Source of the DNA: a virus
Virus record (IMG/VR): IMGVR_UViG_3300028607_002670
DNA length: 64,000 nt
Direction: 5' to 3' (one strand)
Under the pieces are notes generated by a model. It had not been told where the DNA came from, searched no databases, and was given only the letters and a program-made list of their open reading frames with translations. A program made the translations under genes and the position numbers. Below are positions 8,822 to 18,243 of this stretch, piece after piece. Every line of letters starts with the position of its first letter. Within the stretch, counting starts at the first letter, position 1.

Positions 8822-10423
8822 TTAGAGCTGTGCCTTCCACTTACCATTTTTAATAGTGATAATACACCGTTTACCATTACTGTAGGTTATAATGTGACTA
8901 TTACTCCATGAAGATCCTCCTTTATTGTACCCCATATCGAGACAACCACTTACCCCCGCAGTGTAAACCCCGTCTTTTATCCCTGCTGAATGAGTATGAC
9001 CTGTGTTGAACCTTCCGCCTTGCATTTGGAAAGCTCTTACACCGCCTCTGGCACCATTATTTCCAACGTGCCCATGTTGACCACACTCTATATCTCCACA
9101 TATTTTGAAGCTTTCATCCTCCGACAAGAATATCACGTCATCTAAGTTATCATTGACTAAATTACAGGCAGTTTTGAATGTGTGCAATTTTCTACCCTCA
9201 TCCATAGCATAATAATTTTGAAGCTGCAGTTCTAAGAAGAAGATAGCATTAACAGGGTCATTTTTATAATCCTGTTCCCTGAGGTATTTTTCTAAAGCTA
9301 AGTCATGGTTCGACTCAACTACAACCACCTTTTCACAAACTTTATTCATTTCTTCTATAAGGTTGGCAGTTAAGGTTACTTCATCTTTAACACTCTCTGT
9401 ACCTTTCTTGTACATCTGAAACTTGAAGTAAGGGTCTTTGATATTGTGGTGATTGCGTGATTGCTGGTCGAAAACATCATGTAAGAACACGTAGTTAGGT
9501 AAAAGTTCACTTGCCATACTATCAGTTCTCTTACCCCAACTAATATCTGCTACAACAGGGTCTAACTTAGCGGTATGAATATCACCCCAATTTATAGATT
9601 CCACACAGTAAGGTTCTTGTTCTTTACCCTCGGGAGTATAGTACCAACCTAAATCGAAGAATTTACCTGTCTCTGATTCTGCTACCAGTTGTCTAACAAA
9701 CCAATCGCCATCACTGTCAATCTCTACAACCAAAGCGCTAAACACATGATTATGAGATGCTTTCTGTCCTGCTTTCATTTTAACGTAGTTACGTTGGGTT
9801 ACCGTGCCTGTTGTATACATCATCTTTGCTGGATCATTCTTAGGTGTTGGCAGACTCTCCAATTGCAACTTGGCGTGAGGTATGATAGCGGAATCTTTAT
9901 TGGTGTAGTTTTGTAACCCTGAAATAGGATTAACTGCAGTAGGTAATATATTCAACTCCCCGCAATAAATCAATTGATCCGCAAGTACACAACTTTCATC
10001 TAAAATATAATCACGTATTTTAGGATCGAACCACACTTCCTCAGATTTACCATTCTGGAAACCGTTCTTATTATAATGATATGTTCCTACAATTAATTCT
10101 GCGTCTTCTTCTTCACAGTAGTGCAATAAGCTTCTCAAGAATTTATCATGTACATAAGTATTATTTTGTGCAGAAGTTATTACAAACTTGTTACCGCTAA
10201 GGATTTTCCTCTTTGTAGTAGGACAAACCACTTCACCACTAGCAACAGGTTTATCCTCATAAGACTCCCAAAAATCAGTATAAGTTTCTTTACGTAAAAA
10301 ATCACCTATCGTAGATTTACCTACACCATACATTTCTGCAATATACCTACTGCTCCGTTTCTCTTGATAAGTTAGTCGTAAAATCTCCACCAACTCATCA
10401 TTTGAAAAAATAGTTTTACTCAA
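8822..10423 (-). CDS. HTH domain fused to calcineurin-like metallophosphoesterase
   Basis: N-terminus RSSRYIAEMYGVGKSTIGDFL (HTH). Phosphoesterase motifs follow in order: WGDIHTAKLD (GDxH), VVESNHDL (GNHD), CGQHGHVG, NTGHTHSAG (GHxH). Confidence 0.6.
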   Translation of the reverse strand: MSKTIFSNDELVEILRLTYQEKRSSRYIAEMYGVGKSTIGDFLRKETYTDFWESYEDKPVASGEVVCPTTKRKILSGNKFVITSAQNNTYVHDKFLRSLLHYCEEEDAELIVGTYHYNKNGFQNGKSEEVWFDPKIRDYILDESCVLADQLIYCGELNILPTAVNPISGLQNYTNKDSAIIPHAKLQLESLPTPKNDPAKMMYTTGTVTQRNYVKMKAGQKASHNHVFSALVVEIDSDGDWFVRQLVAESETGKFFDLGWYYTPEGKEQEPYCVESINWGDIHTAKLDPVVADISWGKRTDSMASELLPNYVFLHDVFDQQSRNHHNIKDPYFKFQMYKKGTESVKDEVTLTANLIEEMNKVCEKVVVVESNHDLALEKYLREQDYKNDPVNAIFFLELQLQNYYAMDEGRKLHTFKTACNLVNDNLDDVIFLSEDESFKICGDIECGQHGHVGNNGARGGVRAFQMQGGRFNTGHTHSAGIKDGVYTAGVSGCLDMGYNKGGSSWSNSHIITYSNGKRCIITIKNGKWKAQL

Positions 10424-10441
10424 ATCTTCTCTCCCCTTCAG

Positions 10442-10630
10442 TTATTCTAACAAAAGTTCCCACTTTGGTGAATGATAAAACTCACTCTCAGAACCATCTT
10501 CATACAAAAACTTAACACTGGTATCTTCCATATCACCATCAAAAATAGTAAACATTACTTTAACTATATCACACCCCATAAAAGTAATACCTGTATCCTC
10601 TATAGGTATCCATTCATCAAGTCTATACAA
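10442..10630 (-). CDS. hypothetical protein (62 aa)
   Basis: ORF track; tightly packed. Confidence 0.5.
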   Translation of the reverse strand: MYRLDEWIPIEDTGITFMGCDIVKVMFTIFDGDMEDTSVKFLYEDGSESEFYHSPKWELLLE

Positions 10631-10631
10631 A

Positions 10632-11060
10632 TCAATCCTCTCTCATAAAAGTTCTTTGCACAACAGTGATCACTTCCTCAGATTGCACCTTTACAAACTC
10701 AGCATCCCCAATCCAATCAATAGCCTCTGGTTCAGCATGTTTACCACCACCATACCAATAGTTCCAACCTATCCACTTACCATCAATCTCTTTTACAACG
10801 TAGTCCACTTCATAATGACGAGAATAACTTTTAGGAAGTATATTACACTCTTCACCCGAACTACGATAATCTTGATATACTTCATAAACAACATCACTTG
10901 GGTAATCCGTATCTGAAAGATATTCCTCTGGGTCATTGTAAATTTCCGAAGCATTATCCAATGTCAACTCACCGTTAAGGGTGACATCTCCCCAAGCAAG
11001 CACTTCTTCAATAATACCTTTGTGAATGTAATCCTGTGGTGTAAGTTTTCTATTGCTCAA
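10632..11060 (-). CDS. hypothetical protein (142 aa)
   Basis: ORF track; W/Y-rich segment WIGWNYWYGGGKHAEPEAIDW. No family named. Confidence 0.55.
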   Translation of the reverse strand: MSNRKLTPQDYIHKGIIEEVLAWGDVTLNGELTLDNASEIYNDPEEYLSDTDYPSDVVYEVYQDYRSSGEECNILPKSYSRHYEVDYVVKEIDGKWIGWNYWYGGGKHAEPEAIDWIGDAEFVKVQSEEVITVVQRTFMRED

Positions 11061-11061
11061 A

Positions 11062-11271
11062 TTATTTCTCCTGTTTAAGCTTAGTCATAAACCTGTGAGG
11101 GTATATTAAATCGTCAATAATACCATTCCTTAAATACCCATAGACCGATGCTTGAAAATCTGTTACTTTAGATACCCATATGGTATCATCTGGTGTGTTT
11201 AAAACGTAATCTATCCTACCCATAGATTCTTTTAACAGTTCTTCCAATATATCTTCTCTTGTCATAATCAC
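11062..11271 (-). CDS. hypothetical protein (69 aa)
   Basis: ORF track. Confidence 0.5.
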   Translation of the reverse strand: MIMTREDILEELLKESMGRIDYVLNTPDDTIWVSKVTDFQASVYGYLRNGIIDDLIYPHRFMTKLKQEK

Positions 11272-11367
11272 TCTCCTCTAACCTACCCTATTTGACACTT
11301 TAACCCCTATTTCCGCAGCTAAAGTGCCATATTTGTCACATTAAGAATTCCCTACGTAAACACAATC

Positions 11368-11601
11368 CTAGGCACAAGTAGTTTTAAATTCTGGAAATAA
11401 AGACTCAATTTCCTCATAATCACCATTGTGCCAAAGTTCCAAGAATAACTTTACGTGATATGTGTTCAATTCTAACGCAAACTCAATCGCTTTGTTATAA
11501 ACATTACACACTTCCTCAATATCACTACCCACTATCATCTTCTTTATAATCTTTATACTCTTGTAAAAACCACTCATACGCAGATTCTGTACTTCTAACA
11601 A
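11368..11601 (-). CDS. hypothetical protein (start uncertain; MIVGSDIEE at 11538 is possible)
   Basis: The track ORF overlaps the upstream ORF by 77 nt. The internal Met would cut the overlap to 14 nt. Confidence 0.4.
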   Translation of the reverse strand: MLEVQNLRMSGFYKSIKIIKKMIVGSDIEEVCNVYNKAIEFALELNTYHVKLFLELWHNGDYEEIESLFPEFKTTCA

Positions 11602-11842
11602 CTTTCTTCTTTTCTTCCCAATTGGAAATCGCTTTACGAAGGTTTTCTTCTGCTAATTCCACCTCTTGTTCCGAAAGGATCATCTCCTGCTCAGCATCCT
11701 GTAATTCTCCCAAAACACCCTCCAAGTCAATTACTAATATGTTATAAAGGTTTTGTTCCTCTTCGGATAATGTCCTTTCTTTTTCAGATGGATTATTCTT
11801 CCTCGAAGGTGATCTCATCCGAAATCTCCTCTTCCACCTCAT
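11525..11842 (-). CDS. hypothetical coiled-coil protein (start uncertain)
   Basis: ORF track; E/K-rich heptads. Confidence 0.45.
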   Translation of the reverse strand: MRWKRRFRMRSPSRKNNPSEKERTLSEEEQNLYNILVIDLEGVLGELQDAEQEMILSEQEVELAEENLRKAISNWEEKKKVVRSTESAYEWFLQEYKDYKEDDSG

Positions 11843-12020
11843 TAGACTTTTCTAAATTGGCAGTGATATCTTTCAAATGAGAAACAATTCTCTCACGTAA
11901 ATCCTCTGGTGTCAATACTTCCTCTTCTTCTGAAGCTTGTTCATCCATTACACCCGCTAGGTACATTTGTTCCAAAGTAAATAAGAATTGTTCTGTGCTT
12001 GCTGTTATTTCTTTTGTCAA
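11793..12020 (-). CDS. hypothetical acidic protein (75 aa)
   Basis: ORF track. Confidence 0.5.
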   Translation of the reverse strand: MTKEITASTEQFLFTLEQMYLAGVMDEQASEEEEVLTPEDLRERIVSHLKDITANLEKSNEVEEEISDEITFEEE

Positions 12021-12045
12021 AATATTTCTCCTATTGTTAATAATG

Positions 12046-12234
12046 TTATTGTTTAATTGGTTTAGCTAGTGAAAAACGTTCCACATCTTTTTCGAATTGA
12101 TCTGCCACTTTTGAAACAACAGATTCAATGTTCACAGTAGAAACCCCTTTCTTCCCATCGGAATATGCTTTCACATAAAGTTGTTCTGCCACATAAAGTA
12201 ACACCTCTTTTGAAACTTGAATCTTATTTTGCAT
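12046..12234 (-). CDS. hypothetical protein (62 aa)
   Basis: ORF track. Confidence 0.5.
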   Translation of the reverse strand: MQNKIQVSKEVLLYVAEQLYVKAYSDGKKGVSTVNIESVVSKVADQFEKDVERFSLAKPIKQ

Positions 12235-12502
12235 TAATTTTCTCCTTCTTAAAAATTTTACTCACCCACATCGCAATAAAGCAACCTAACGCTCCACCAG
12301 TCCCTGTGCTTAACACTAACCACACTTTATCCAAATCTGATGTAGCTATCATATGAATAACATAAACCTCGCACAAAGCTATACATAGGCTTGTAGGAAG
12401 TATCAACCACCATTGACTATTTGTTATATTGATCACCTGCATGGAACGGAAACTCACATAACCTGCAGATGCCAACATTTGAATAAAGAATAATGTTATC
12501 AC
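12224..12502 (-). CDS. small membrane protein (92 aa, about 3 TM)
   Basis: Hydrophobic throughout; 4-nt overlap with the upstream gene. Confidence 0.5.
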   Translation of the reverse strand: MITLFFIQMLASAGYVSFRSMQVINITNSQWWLILPTSLCIALCEVYVIHMIATSDLDKVWLVLSTGTGGALGCFIAMWVSKIFKKEKINAK

Positions 12503-13716
12503 TTTTTATTCCTGTTGAAAACTTCCACTTGCTTATCGGTGTAATATTTACACTTAGTGGCATCATATTCAAAATCATTACCTGCCTTACCTTGACCTTT
12601 TGTTAATTCGAACATACGCTTCTGTGCTTTGAACACATTAGTAAAATTGAAATCATTTTCAAACATAATCTCAGCTAAATCCTCTAACATGATAAAACCC
12701 TTTTCAGAATGTTTATCCAGTAACCACTTAGGTAATTCTATCTTATAATAGTCACTCTTACCACCATCGGATTTAATTGGTGCTGTGGAAGGTTTTTGCT
12801 CGACCTTATTCTTTACCCTTTCCGAACTATCAAGTTGTTTCAGGTAAGAGTTGATCCTCCTAGCCTCATCTTCAACTTTGTTTGTCGTGCATTTATACGA
12901 CCCTTCTCCTAATAAGTGGTCAGGAACACCAAATGTTGCAAGTATTTTATCTTCACTACTTAACTCTTTTAACAAGGCAGCTTTCTTCTCCTCAAGGGTT
13001 CCTTTTAAGGTTATACGTTTTGTATCATCTAAAGAATTAACCATATTACTAAAATCTCTGTACGGTTGGTCAGAAACACTCGGGGAATCAAGTACACTCT
13101 CTCCCGTCAAAGTAAATTCACCTAAATCTACCACCTTCTTTACTCCTGCCACTCCATACTCGGCAGGAGTAATCACTTGTTCCCAAAGGCCAACTTTTTG
13201 ATAATTAGCTTCCACCCAAGATTTCTCACCTCGGAAAAAGATCAATTCATTTTTACTATTATAATCTTCCCAATAGTAATATTTTCCACAATCAGATTCC
13301 GACATGAATAAAATACCATTTCCACTGTAGAATTGTTCACATTGAGAAGGAGCGCCTTTTGAACAACGATAATACTTTTCAATAGAAATGTTTTTAACAG
13401 GGTTGTATGGGATGCTGAAATTTTCTTTCTCAGCTACTTTAAAACTTGCCAAAATACCTTCTCTACTCTTATTCAAGTGTTCCACCAACTTCTCCCATGT
13501 AAAGACCCCTATATTAATCCAATCATTGTCGGTAATGTAATATCCTGTTTCCAATTCTACAAATTCTCGGAAATCAATGGCATGTGTACCAAGGTTAATT
13601 TCTGTGTGAGTGTAACAATTATCGAAAACGTAAGTGAAATCCACGCCGCAATAGTCACTAAACCTTTTCATAATTTCATCTACTTTATCACCGTTAATTT
13701 TTGTATAAACCATCAA
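12499..13716 (-). CDS. protein with C-terminal DUF3310-like domain
   Basis: C-terminus SDGGKSDYYKIELP...LEDLAEIMF.NDFNFTNVFKAQKRMFE..KGQ...DATKCKYY fits my memory of the DUF3310 pattern (HY..ie.id...f..gn..KY..R..K....d..Ka.wY). Confidence 0.45.
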   Translation of the reverse strand: MMVYTKINGDKVDEIMKRFSDYCGVDFTYVFDNCYTHTEINLGTHAIDFREFVELETGYYITDNDWINIGVFTWEKLVEHLNKSREGILASFKVAEKENFSIPYNPVKNISIEKYYRCSKGAPSQCEQFYSGNGILFMSESDCGKYYYWEDYNSKNELIFFRGEKSWVEANYQKVGLWEQVITPAEYGVAGVKKVVDLGEFTLTGESVLDSPSVSDQPYRDFSNMVNSLDDTKRITLKGTLEEKKAALLKELSSEDKILATFGVPDHLLGEGSYKCTTNKVEDEARRINSYLKQLDSSERVKNKVEQKPSTAPIKSDGGKSDYYKIELPKWLLDKHSEKGFIMLEDLAEIMFENDFNFTNVFKAQKRMFELTKGQGKAGNDFEYDATKCKYYTDKQVEVFNRNKK

Positions 13717-14918
13717 ATATCCTCCAAATCAATCTCACCAACAACTGTTAATTTTGTACAAGTGGAATACTTACCACCACCATCAGATTCAAGTTTAGCG
13801 CGAGTTTTCCCTGATGTCAACTTAATAATTGCGGAATTGTCATTGCTTCCTAATCCATAATGATTCTTTGCCTTCTCAGCACTCTTATAAAGGAATACAC
13901 CTCGACCAGAATTGTCAGGACTTTCTCCTACAATATATTTAAAATCTCTGGCATAAATACTTGTGTAAACACCATATTCCGAAGTTTTTAACACTTTCTT
14001 ATAATAGAAATACTCTTTATTAGGATCATTTGGTTCATGTTGTTCTTCGATAAACTCTAATAAATCTTCTAAATCAGTAGCTGGAATTTTAGCAGTTGTA
14101 CCTTCTAAATTACATTCCAACTCTTCTAATTGTTCAAACACTTCCTCTATTGTAAAATCTTTATCTTCATCGAAGAGGTCATCCATGTTATAACCGTACA
14201 TACCTCCGATAGCATTTTTAACATCGTCCCAAGAAGAAAGATTCAAACTTGCAACAGATAAACATAGTTTAATAAATTCCTTTCGATTAATTGAATAACC
14301 TCGTTGCTGGTATTTAGCTAAGCGAAGTTGACTAATAATTGGGAAAGATGTCCCCTCGTTAACACGTAGCTTTCGTGAAGCATTATCTGTTAGGAAATCA
14401 TCATCTAGGACGAAACACCCCTGTGCAAAATCGTACACACCCATGTTAATAGTGAAATCAAAACTTTTAAAAATATCTTCCACTGTTGGATAGAATCCAC
14501 AATGAATAGCTTGCACCTGCATACCACTTCCGTCAAGGAACATAACACTTTTATCAGTGTGACCCACATAACGTAAGGCAAAGGTATCTAATTCTACAGG
14601 AGAGGGTGTTACATCTTGGTCAAAGTTAATAGCACTTGGAGTACAAGGTACACAAGGTTTTTCACCAAAAGTTACTTTTATAAATTTAATCAAACTTTCC
14701 TTATCACGGAAATAAATATCCAAATCGTTCACTTCTTTATTAGTGAATACACTTGTCACAGCTCCACCTGCTACAAAGCATCCTAACTCTTTGAACAATT
14801 CTTCCAACCCTTCTGTCTCACTAACTAAACTTAAAAGTTGTTTCTTTTGTCGTGAATGCTTGCCCTTGTTTGATCGGGTGATCACTTCTTGGATTTCATT
14901 TAACACTTGTTCCCTCAT
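13713..14918 (-). CDS. Pol-beta-fold nucleotidyltransferase-like protein (tentative)
   Basis: GCFVAGGAVTSVFTNKEVNDLDIYF matches the hG[GS]x(9-13)DhD NTase signature, as in CCA-adding/poly(A) polymerase heads. Confidence 0.35.
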   Translation of the reverse strand: MREQVLNEIQEVITRSNKGKHSRQKKQLLSLVSETEGLEELFKELGCFVAGGAVTSVFTNKEVNDLDIYFRDKESLIKFIKVTFGEKPCVPCTPSAINFDQDVTPSPVELDTFALRYVGHTDKSVMFLDGSGMQVQAIHCGFYPTVEDIFKSFDFTINMGVYDFAQGCFVLDDDFLTDNASRKLRVNEGTSFPIISQLRLAKYQQRGYSINRKEFIKLCLSVASLNLSSWDDVKNAIGGMYGYNMDDLFDEDKDFTIEEVFEQLEELECNLEGTTAKIPATDLEDLLEFIEEQHEPNDPNKEYFYYKKVLKTSEYGVYTSIYARDFKYIVGESPDNSGRGVFLYKSAEKAKNHYGLGSNDNSAIIKLTSGKTRAKLESDGGGKYSTCTKLTVVGEIDLEDI

Positions 14919-14973
14919 AAAATCTCCTCTTTTAATATTTATTTCGGTAAAGTTTAATTGACTTATGAAAGGT

Positions 14974-15001
14974 ATTCTACGTTAAATTTTACATAAGTCA
15001 A
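14974..15001 (-). promoter_or_regulatory. sigma70-type promoter (TTGACT-16-TAGAAT) inside a 12-bp inverted repeat
   Basis: Minus strand: -35 at 15001..14996, -10 at 14979..14974. AATTGACTTATG (14957..14968) pairs with CATAAGTCAATT (14992..15003), bracketing the promoter. Confidence 0.5.
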
Positions 15002-15014
15002 TTAGTTTTTACTT

Positions 15015-16121
15015 TTATTCTAAAGGTGCTCCACTGTCATCACATTTACGGAAGTATAAACCTCTTGCAAATGTAGGGATACCATCTTCGGTTAAATCTT
15101 GATATTTGAAATTAACCCATTCACCTAAACGTTTACTAAGTTTCTCATAAGTGTTTTCCTCATGGCTGCCGTTCATTGCTAATTCAAAAACAACTTTACT
15201 GTTTGTCTCAGGATTTGTCCACTCTACTGTAAATAAACCTTGTCCATTCTTATCCTCTTTACAAGATAACACCTTACATTCAGAATCTTCCATCAACTTA
15301 TATTTAAGTAGGTCATTTGAACGTTTATTCTGGAACTCATAAAACCCTTGCGGGTTTCTTAGCATGATCCCCTCAAATCCTTCTAACAGATACTGGTAAA
15401 GCTTCTCCTCAAGTCCTGACTTTGTTATAAGCTCTTGCTCTACAATGTTTACATGTAAAAGTTCTGCCGCTGTTTCTTTGAAGCTTTCCATAGTACAATT
15501 GCGATTTACAAAAGGTTCATACAACACGGGGACATCAAATACCTCGTATGTAACTTTCTTTGTTAAATCATTAGGTTTCTTAACACAGGATTGTATCTTT
15601 TGGAGCTTGTACCCAGATACGTAAGCTTCACCATCTAAAGATTCAACACCTGTAACCTCGTGTAGACGCTTTAATTGAGGAATTAAGTGTTCTGGTACAG
15701 GGTAGGTTTTACCACCACGAGAATGCCACTCAGGTTCTCCATTTACGAATACAGTTTTACACCTCAGTCCATCAATTTTTCTAGAAGCATAGAAGGTGTC
15801 TTCTAAAAAGTGAGGTTTCTTAGTGTAATCCTGTGCAAGCATAACACCTTCTGTTAAAAGTAATCTGGACTCTTCAATAGATTCACGGTAATATTTATCG
15901 TATTGTTTATTCCACTTAGATTGTGCTTCCAGTTCCGCTTGTTGAGAAGGTGTTGTCTCATTAGAACGTCCTACATTTTTAGGTTTGCAAACTGTTTTCT
16001 TAATTTGCTTCTTACCTGCAAGCTTGCCCCATTCCACAATAACAGTGGCATCTTCTGTCCAAACAGACCATGATTTTACTTCTAAAGTTTTGTCAACTCC
16101 GTACAATGTTTTCTTATCCAT
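15015..16121 (-). CDS. ATP-dependent DNA ligase
   Basis: Nucleotidyltransferase motifs in order: I SRKIDGLRC (KxDG), III SLDGEAYV, IV EGIMLRN, V DLLKYKL. Confidence 0.85.
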   Translation of the reverse strand: MDKKTLYGVDKTLEVKSWSVWTEDATVIVEWGKLAGKKQIKKTVCKPKNVGRSNETTPSQQAELEAQSKWNKQYDKYYRESIEESRLLLTEGVMLAQDYTKKPHFLEDTFYASRKIDGLRCKTVFVNGEPEWHSRGGKTYPVPEHLIPQLKRLHEVTGVESLDGEAYVSGYKLQKIQSCVKKPNDLTKKVTYEVFDVPVLYEPFVNRNCTMESFKETAAELLHVNIVEQELITKSGLEEKLYQYLLEGFEGIMLRNPQGFYEFQNKRSNDLLKYKLMEDSECKVLSCKEDKNGQGLFTVEWTNPETNSKVVFELAMNGSHEENTYEKLSKRLGEWVNFKYQDLTEDGIPTFARGLYFRKCDDSGAPLE

Positions 16122-16744
16122 TATTCACTTTCCTCCATAATAACATTCCTAACAACTTCCACTATTCGGCAAAGATAATTATATTTATGATTTGGTTCAT
16201 ATTCAAAAGGTACGTTGTCCCAAAGCCATTGCCCAAACTCTTCCTCATAGTATTCATCCTCCACACCATAACCACCAAATAAAGGCTTCCACACAGAAGA
16301 TTCTACTGTCCAATGGTCAACATTCCAATTAAAACATTCATGATCATGTTCAGGTGAAATAACCTCCATATCAATATTATCAATTTCGTCCCAAGCTTTA
16401 CGAGCGTCCTCTTTTAAAATGTAATATGCTCTTCGTTGATATAGAATATACTCTCGCATCTTCTTTCTAAAGGTATCCTGCATTACGGAAGTATCTTTCA
16501 CATCAGAATCAGCACGAATACCTCTTTCAAAACAATTTACCAGATACCCTACGTTTGTACGAGTGAAAAACTCCTTAACATTGCCACCCATACTTCCCCA
16601 ATAAGAAGTCCAGCTTTCACCATAACATTTAATTGTTACATCTGCAGAACCTTCTCCGTATTCGGAGATAAGTATTTCAATCGGGTCAAGTGAATCTAAT
16701 TCTGAAACTTTGATACTTTTAACTAATTTATGTTCAATTTTCAC
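16121..16744 (-). CDS. hypothetical protein (207 aa; GTG start)
   Basis: ORF track; the start overlaps the upstream stop (GTGA). Confidence 0.55.
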   Translation of the reverse strand: MKIEHKLVKSIKVSELDSLDPIEILISEYGEGSADVTIKCYGESWTSYWGSMGGNVKEFFTRTNVGYLVNCFERGIRADSDVKDTSVMQDTFRKKMREYILYQRRAYYILKEDARKAWDEIDNIDMEVISPEHDHECFNWNVDHWTVESSVWKPLFGGYGVEDEYYEEEFGQWLWDNVPFEYEPNHKYNYLCRIVEVVRNVIMEESE

Positions 16745-16908
16745 AAATCACCCTTCCAATCAAATTTATTAAACACATAATCACCATCACTATCCAAATA
16801 CGCATCCTCTGGTAGCACAAATTCAGATAAATCTCCTTCATCCTCAAACATTTGTTTAAAGTATTCCTCTGGCTGATATGTGATCCCTTCATTTGTAATA
16901 TGTTCCAA
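16741..16908 (-). CDS. small acidic protein (55 aa, TTG start), preferred over track ORF 16734..16922
   Basis: My translation: (L/M)EHITNEGITYQPEEYFKQMFEDEGDLSEFVLPEDAYLDSDGDYVFNKFDWKGDL. GAGGAGAGAAGA precedes the TTG. The stop TGA overlaps the GTG of the next gene. Its composition matches neighbours, unlike the basic Cys-rich track ORF. Confidence 0.45.
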   Translation of the reverse strand: MEHITNEGITYQPEEYFKQMFEDEGDLSEFVLPEDAYLDSDGDYVFNKFDWKGDL

Positions 16909-16937
16909 TCTTCTCTCCTCAAGTATTCTTTTAATAT

Positions 16938-17306
16938 TTATTTCTTGTCAGCAATCATAGCAAATTCTGTACGAGTGATCAATGCCTTTTTATAGTTCCC
17001 ATTCACCACTTCATTCACATACATCTGTAAAGCTGAAAATTTATAAATGTCACTCTCTTTCCAATTACGTTTATATTTCATCGTATGATTAAACCTGTAC
17101 ACCAACCAATCAGCATTCACCATCAAATCATACACCACTTCCCTCTCAGGATAACTCCCACCGTTGTCATCTTCTCTCACTCTTTTCTGGAAGTAGGAGA
17201 TCACTTTTGCGACAGGAGAATCACCATCAGGGAAAGAGACATCATTGAAATATGATTTCCACCCATTTTCCCTGAAATCCTCATACTTCCTCAATATCAT
17301 ATTCAT
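16938..17306 (-). CDS. hypothetical protein (122 aa)
   Basis: ORF track. Confidence 0.55.
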   Translation of the reverse strand: MNMILRKYEDFRENGWKSYFNDVSFPDGDSPVAKVISYFQKRVREDDNGGSYPEREVVYDLMVNADWLVYRFNHTMKYKRNWKESDIYKFSALQMYVNEVVNGNYKKALITRTEFAMIADKK

Positions 17307-17739
17307 TATCCTCGACAGGAATATAATCCCAATCTGAAATATTCACTTTTACCACTTTGTCCTGCAGGTGTGGAGGTATCATTGAAATAGCTTTGATTGC
17401 GAACATGTCAGGTTCATCTTGCACACTTGGGATTTTTCCATCTTTAACTTTGTAAAAAGGGACTTCTGATAGGAAATTTACTTCCACTGGACAAGGATTA
17501 CCCTGTTTATCAAATCCGCCTGTAAACACCTCTACAAGGAACTCCTCTCCATTAGCTTGGTATTCACCTTCCCACCATGTAATAACGTCCTCTGTGTGCT
17601 CTACAGGAAGGATTAATTGCACAATAGCTTCACTGTATTGTAAAATGTTCATCTTCTTACGTTGACGGGTGTTATGCTTCGTAAAATTGTTTGGATACTC
17701 TGGTAGCACTATTTCAATTTCTGGTAATTGTTCAATCAT
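17281..17739 (-). CDS. hypothetical protein (152 aa)
   Basis: ORF track. Confidence 0.55.
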   Translation of the reverse strand: MIEQLPEIEIVLPEYPNNFTKHNTRQRKKMNILQYSEAIVQLILPVEHTEDVITWWEGEYQANGEEFLVEVFTGGFDKQGNPCPVEVNFLSEVPFYKVKDGKIPSVQDEPDMFAIKAISMIPPHLQDKVVKVNISDWDYIPVEDNEYDIEEV

Positions 17740-18040
17740 AAATTTTCTCCAATTCTAAATATTCACCTAGGGTTATGTTAATGTAATTATTACAAGAGTT
17801 CTCAAGTATTACAATCGGATGTTCTGGATGGTACCCTATAAACAGGTAGGACTCACCTCCTTTCATAACTAGTCGGGGTTTGTCGTCGAAAAAATCTTCT
17901 GCTTGTTTTCTAGTGATATAGATAGCACCCTCTTCTGCACAAATTACCATCATCTTCCCAAAACGATCTGAGTCCATAGAAAACACTTCTGTACTGTAGT
18001 CATACTTTCCTTGTACCATTGCCTCAAATTCAACCTTCAT
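17732..18040 (-). CDS. hypothetical protein (102 aa)
   Basis: ORF track; overlapping starts and stops. Confidence 0.55.
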   Translation of the reverse strand: MKVEFEAMVQGKYDYSTEVFSMDSDRFGKMMVICAEEGAIYITRKQAEDFFDDKPRLVMKGGESYLFIGYHPEHPIVILENSCNNYINITLGEYLELEKIYD

Positions 18041-18243
18041 AAGATATTCTCCTGTTTAATTAATGTGTAGTCTACCACTGTGATAAATTTACTATCTATT
18101 TCATAAGTGGATGCAATATCATAAGCTTGTTCCTTCACCTTATCCAAAGTAACAGGATACTCACTTACAAAATTAACATTTATAGAAAGTTCACTTCCAT
18201 CATCAGATGACAAAGTAATCTTAGTGTAATACTTAGTTTTCAT
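18037..18243 (-). CDS. hypothetical protein (68 aa)
   Basis: ORF track. Confidence 0.5.
   Translation of the reverse strand: MKTKYYTKITLSSDDGSELSINVNFVSEYPVTLDKVKEQAYDIASTYEIDSKFITVVDYTLIKQENIL

Noticed and set aside
16734-16922. 62-aa track ORF MRREDWNILQMKG...
   Set aside because: Its composition is atypical. The alternative frame with an SD and start/stop coupling is preferred (see feature 16741..16908).
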